Assembly (NCBI GenBank): GCA_038087875.1
Contig: CM075993.1
Span: 1,366,001-1,430,000 of the forward strand
Length of the DNA stretch: 64,000 bases
Reading direction: 5' to 3'
DNA from: Malacoraja senta
Taxonomy: Eukaryota
Under the pieces are notes generated by a model. It had not been told where the DNA came from. It was given only the letters and a program-made list of their open reading frames with translations, and made no database searches. Position 1 is the first letter of the stretch, and each line of letters opens with the position of its first letter. This document shows, in pieces, positions 60,418 to 64,000 of this stretch. Position numbers and translations under genes: made by a program.

Positions 60418-61254
60418 TATTGCTACTGGTATTGATACTTTTATACTTGCCACTTAGTTTTGCATGCTGTCCAGGTAACTTACCTGTCGATGATTATAAT
60501 CAAACTGTACACGAGAATTACAGGTGATGCAGAGGAGAGGAAACAGAGTGCTGAATATAGTGTTACAAATGAAGTGTAAATAACACAGTGCAAGGCAGGA
60601 GGGAGATTAGGGCTACATCCTGAGATCGACACTAAATGCTGGAGTAACCCAGCGGGACAGGCAGCAGCATCTCTGGAGAGAAGGAATGGGTGACGTTTCG
60701 GGTCGAGACCCTTCTTCAGAGATTGGGAGAAATTTGTTCATAGGTCTGGTAAATTTGAGGAAGCTGTTCTGGAATCGGGTGGTGCGTGATAAACTTTGTT
60801 TATCCTCTGCCAGCTGGGACAGAGGAGAGGAGAGCATGACCGGGGTGTGAATGGGTGATCTTTGCTTTTCCAGAAGCTGTGTCAGAGTGTGTGTGGGGTG
60901 AGGCTGGCTGGGTGTGATGGACTGGGCTGCAAACACAATTCCCTGCCATTGCTTGCCGTGATCCAGGCTGTGGTTTCATGCGGAGAGGATGCTCTCTATG
61001 GTACATCTGTGGAACCAGGTCGGATTCACCGGGGACATGCTGAATGTCCTAAGCCTTCTGAGGAAGTAGAGGCATTGGTGTGCTTTCTTGTCCGAGGCCT
61101 CATGGTAGGAGGATAAATCATTGACGGTTATATCTAGGGCCTTGACGCTATCAACCATCTCGACTTCAACATGTAGATACAGAATGGGGTATAGAGTCTG
61201 AAGAAGGGTCTCGACCCGAAACGTCACCCATTCCTTCTCTCCAGAGATGCTGCC

Positions 61255-61391
61255 GTGGTGGAAGATTGCAACCTTCACGTAGTCCGCCCTGTTTCGACTA
61301 ATGCAATCAACTCGACGTGCACAAACGGAAGATCAAATAGAACAAGTTGTCCAACAACTTTAGGCTGTGCACGCCACACGAAAGAAGAAGA
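61255..61391 (+). mobile_element. About 135-bp short retroposon with (GAA)n tail
   Basis: TSD agagatgctgcc at 61243-61254 and 61392-61403; other copies about 17000-17133(-), 42581-42713(-), 46325-46450(+). Confidence 0.75.
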
Positions 61392-62624
61392 AGAGATGCT
61401 GCCTGATCCGCTGAGTTACTCCAGCATTTTGTGTCTATCTTCGGGGGAAATATTCCACCTGCATCTTGAAGTCAATGACTACCCCCTAGGTCTTGCTAAC
61501 ATTGCGGAAGAGGTTGTTATCTTGATATTTTAGACAATAGACAACAGGTGCAGGAGTAGGCCATACGGCCCTTCAAGCCAGCACCGCCATTTAATGTGAT
61601 CATGGCTGATCATCCCCAATCAGTACCCCGTTCCTGCCTTCTCCCCATATCCCCTGACTCCGCTATCTTCAAGAGCTCTATCCAGCTCTCTCTTGAAAGT
61701 TTCCAGAGAACCACCCACTGAGGCGGAGAATCTTGTAACTAAGCTCTCTATCTCCATCCTGTTTGAGATCTGGTTTGAGATACGTTGGTGTCACCTGCAA
61801 GCTAGCACATGGAGTTGGCTGCACAGTCACAAATGCATCGGGAGCAAGGGAAGGAGCTGAACATCATTGCGGGCACCAATGTTGACAAAGATCACAAGAC
61901 GTTGTCTATTCTTACTGATCGTGGTCTAGGGATCAGGATATCGAGGATCCAGTTTAGATTTGAGATACAGTGTGGAAACAGGCCCTTCGGCCCACCGAGT
62001 CCGTGCCGACCAGCGATATCCACACATTAACACTATTCTACACACACACATGGGACAATTTACACTTTATACCAAGCCAATTAACCCACAAACTTGCACG
62101 TCTTTGGAGTCTGGGTAGAAACAGGAGATCCTGGAGAAAACCCACGCAGGTCACGGGGAGAACGTAAAACTCCGTACAGACAGCACCCATGGTCAGGATC
62201 GAACCCGGGTCCCTGGGGCTGTGAGGCAGCAACTCTACCGCTGCACCTGGTAATAGTACCGGCCTTTGAATCAACATCCTGGCAAGTGCACAGTGAGTTA
62301 AGTCTACAAAGCGCGTGAAGTTTGCAGTGCGTGGCCCTCCTGGCCTGGTCCGTAGACCCACCATCTCTGACCACCACCTTTTAAGCAGACGGAAGTTCTT
62401 TGCATTCTGCTTAAAGCAAAGCACAAGAATGTGTGTTGACTCCTAACCCCCCAACGCATGAATCAGAGAGACAAAGAGTTTTTGTTGTGACAGGGTGGGG
62501 TACTTGTAGCACACAGGAAGTTACCTGAATGAGAAAGCACAATTTCTGTCCCTTGGAGCACGTTCTGGTAAAGGGGTGCAACTTCTGTGGGTGAGTCATT
62601 CCACTCAAGGTCGACACAAAATAG

Positions 62625-63555
62625 ACAATAGGTGCAGGAGTAGAGGCCATTCAGCCCTTCGAGCCAGCACCGCCATTCAATATGATCATGGCTGATCATC
62701 CCCAATCAGTACCCCGTTCCTGCCTTCTCCCCATATCCCCTGACTCTGCTATTTTTAAGAGCCCAATCTAGCTCTCTCTTGAAAGCATCCAGACAACTGA
62801 CCTCCACCGCTCTTTGAGGCAGAGAATTCCATAGACTCACTACTCTCTGTGAGAAAAAGTGTTTCCTCTTCTCCGTTCTAAATGGCTTACCCCTTATTCT
62901 TAAACTGTGTCCCCTGGTTCTGGACTCCCCCAACATCGGGAACATGTTTCCTGCCTCTAGCGTGTCCAAACCCTTAATAATCTTATATGTTTCAATAAGA
63001 TCCCTTCTCATCCTTATAAACTCCAGAGTGTACAAGCCCAGCCGCTCCATTCTCTCAGCATATGACAGTCCCGACATCGCAGGAATTAACCTTGTAAACC
63101 TACGCTGCACTCCCTCAATAGCAAGAATGTTCTTCCTCAAATTAGGGGGCCAAAACTGCACTCAATACTCCAGGTGTGGTCTCACTAGGGCCCTGTACAA
63201 CTGCAGAAGGACCACTTTGCTCCTATACTCGACTCCTCTTGTTATAAAGGCCAACATGCCATTCGCTTTCTTCACTGCCTGCTGTAACTGCATGCTTACT
63301 TTCATAGACTGATGTACAAGGACCCCCAGATCCTGTTGTACTTCCCCTTTTCCCAACCTGATGCCATTTAGATAGTAATCTGCCTTCCTGTTTTTGATAC
63401 CAAAGTGGATAACCTCAAATTTATCCGCATTAAACTTCATCTGCCATGCATCTGCCCACTCCCCCAACCTGTCCAAGTCACCCAGCATTCTCATAGCATC
63501 CTCCTCATAGTTCACACTGCCACCCAGCTTTGTGTCATCTGCAAATTTGCTAATT
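62625..63555 (-). mobile_element. CR1 3' part
   Basis: ORFs 63162-63515(-) and 62706-63161(-) are consecutive CR1 ORF2 text. Confidence 0.92.
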
Positions 63556-63559
63556 TTCT

Positions 63560-64000
63560 GCTGGAGTAACTCAGCGGGTGAGGCAGCATCTCTGGAGAGA
63601 AGGAATGGGTGACGTTTTGTGTCGAGACCCTTCTTCAGACTAATGTCAGGGGAGGGGGCGGGACAAAGATAGAATGTAGTTGGAGACAGTCAGACTAGTG
63701 GGAGAACTGGGAATGCGGAGGGGATGGAGAGAGAGAGAGAAAGCCAGGGTTACTTGAAAATAGAGAAGTCAATGTTCATACCGCTGGGGTGTAAACTACC
63801 CAAGTGAAATATGAGGTGCTGCTCCTCCAATTTATGCTGGGTCTCACTCTGACAATGGAGGAGGCCCAGGACAGAAAGGTCAGATTGGGAATGGGAGGGG
63901 GAGCTGAAGTGCTGAGCCATCGGGAGATCAGGTTGGTTAAGACGGACTGAGCGGAGGTGTTCAGGGAAACGATCGCCGAGCCTGCGCTTGGTCTCGCCGA
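63560..64000 (-). mobile_element. Penelope-like 3' part running off the window
   Basis: Reverse complement encodes GETKRRLGDRF..AQHFSSPSHSQSDLSVLGLLH, followed by the tail. Confidence 0.85.

Overview
Eukaryotic, repeat-dense vertebrate DNA, most likely a cartilaginous fish such as a skate or ray (inferred from the CR1, V-SINE, Penelope and Rex repeat set; species not provable here). Three host genes can be read from the sequence. (1) MFAP1 on + strand: all 9 coding exons (11099-22498), with a 2-nt deletion in exon 4. (2) NEIL1 on - strand: the last 7 coding exons (32265-23437), tail-to-tail with MFAP1, with the 5' catalytic exons missing at a 200-N gap. (3) A single-coding-exon ZC3H10-like gene on + strand (34243-35182) with only two CCCH fingers and four frameshifts. 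The rest is nested retroelements (CR1, Penelope, Rex/Babar, L2, Tx1, RTE, SINEs), Harbinger-type MITEs and mini/microsatellites. Most unusual items: many minimal hammerhead-ribozyme-like motifs of Penelope origin, two of them on ~90-95 bp inserts with their own TSDs; a hollowed-out histone H3-like unit with promoter and multiplied stem-loop/HDE cassettes; and the two-finger ZC3H10 paralog. No CRISPR, rRNA or true tRNA gene was seen. Repeat boundaries are by eye and approximate; exon boundaries were checked base by base. Comparisons with human genes are from memory, not from a search.
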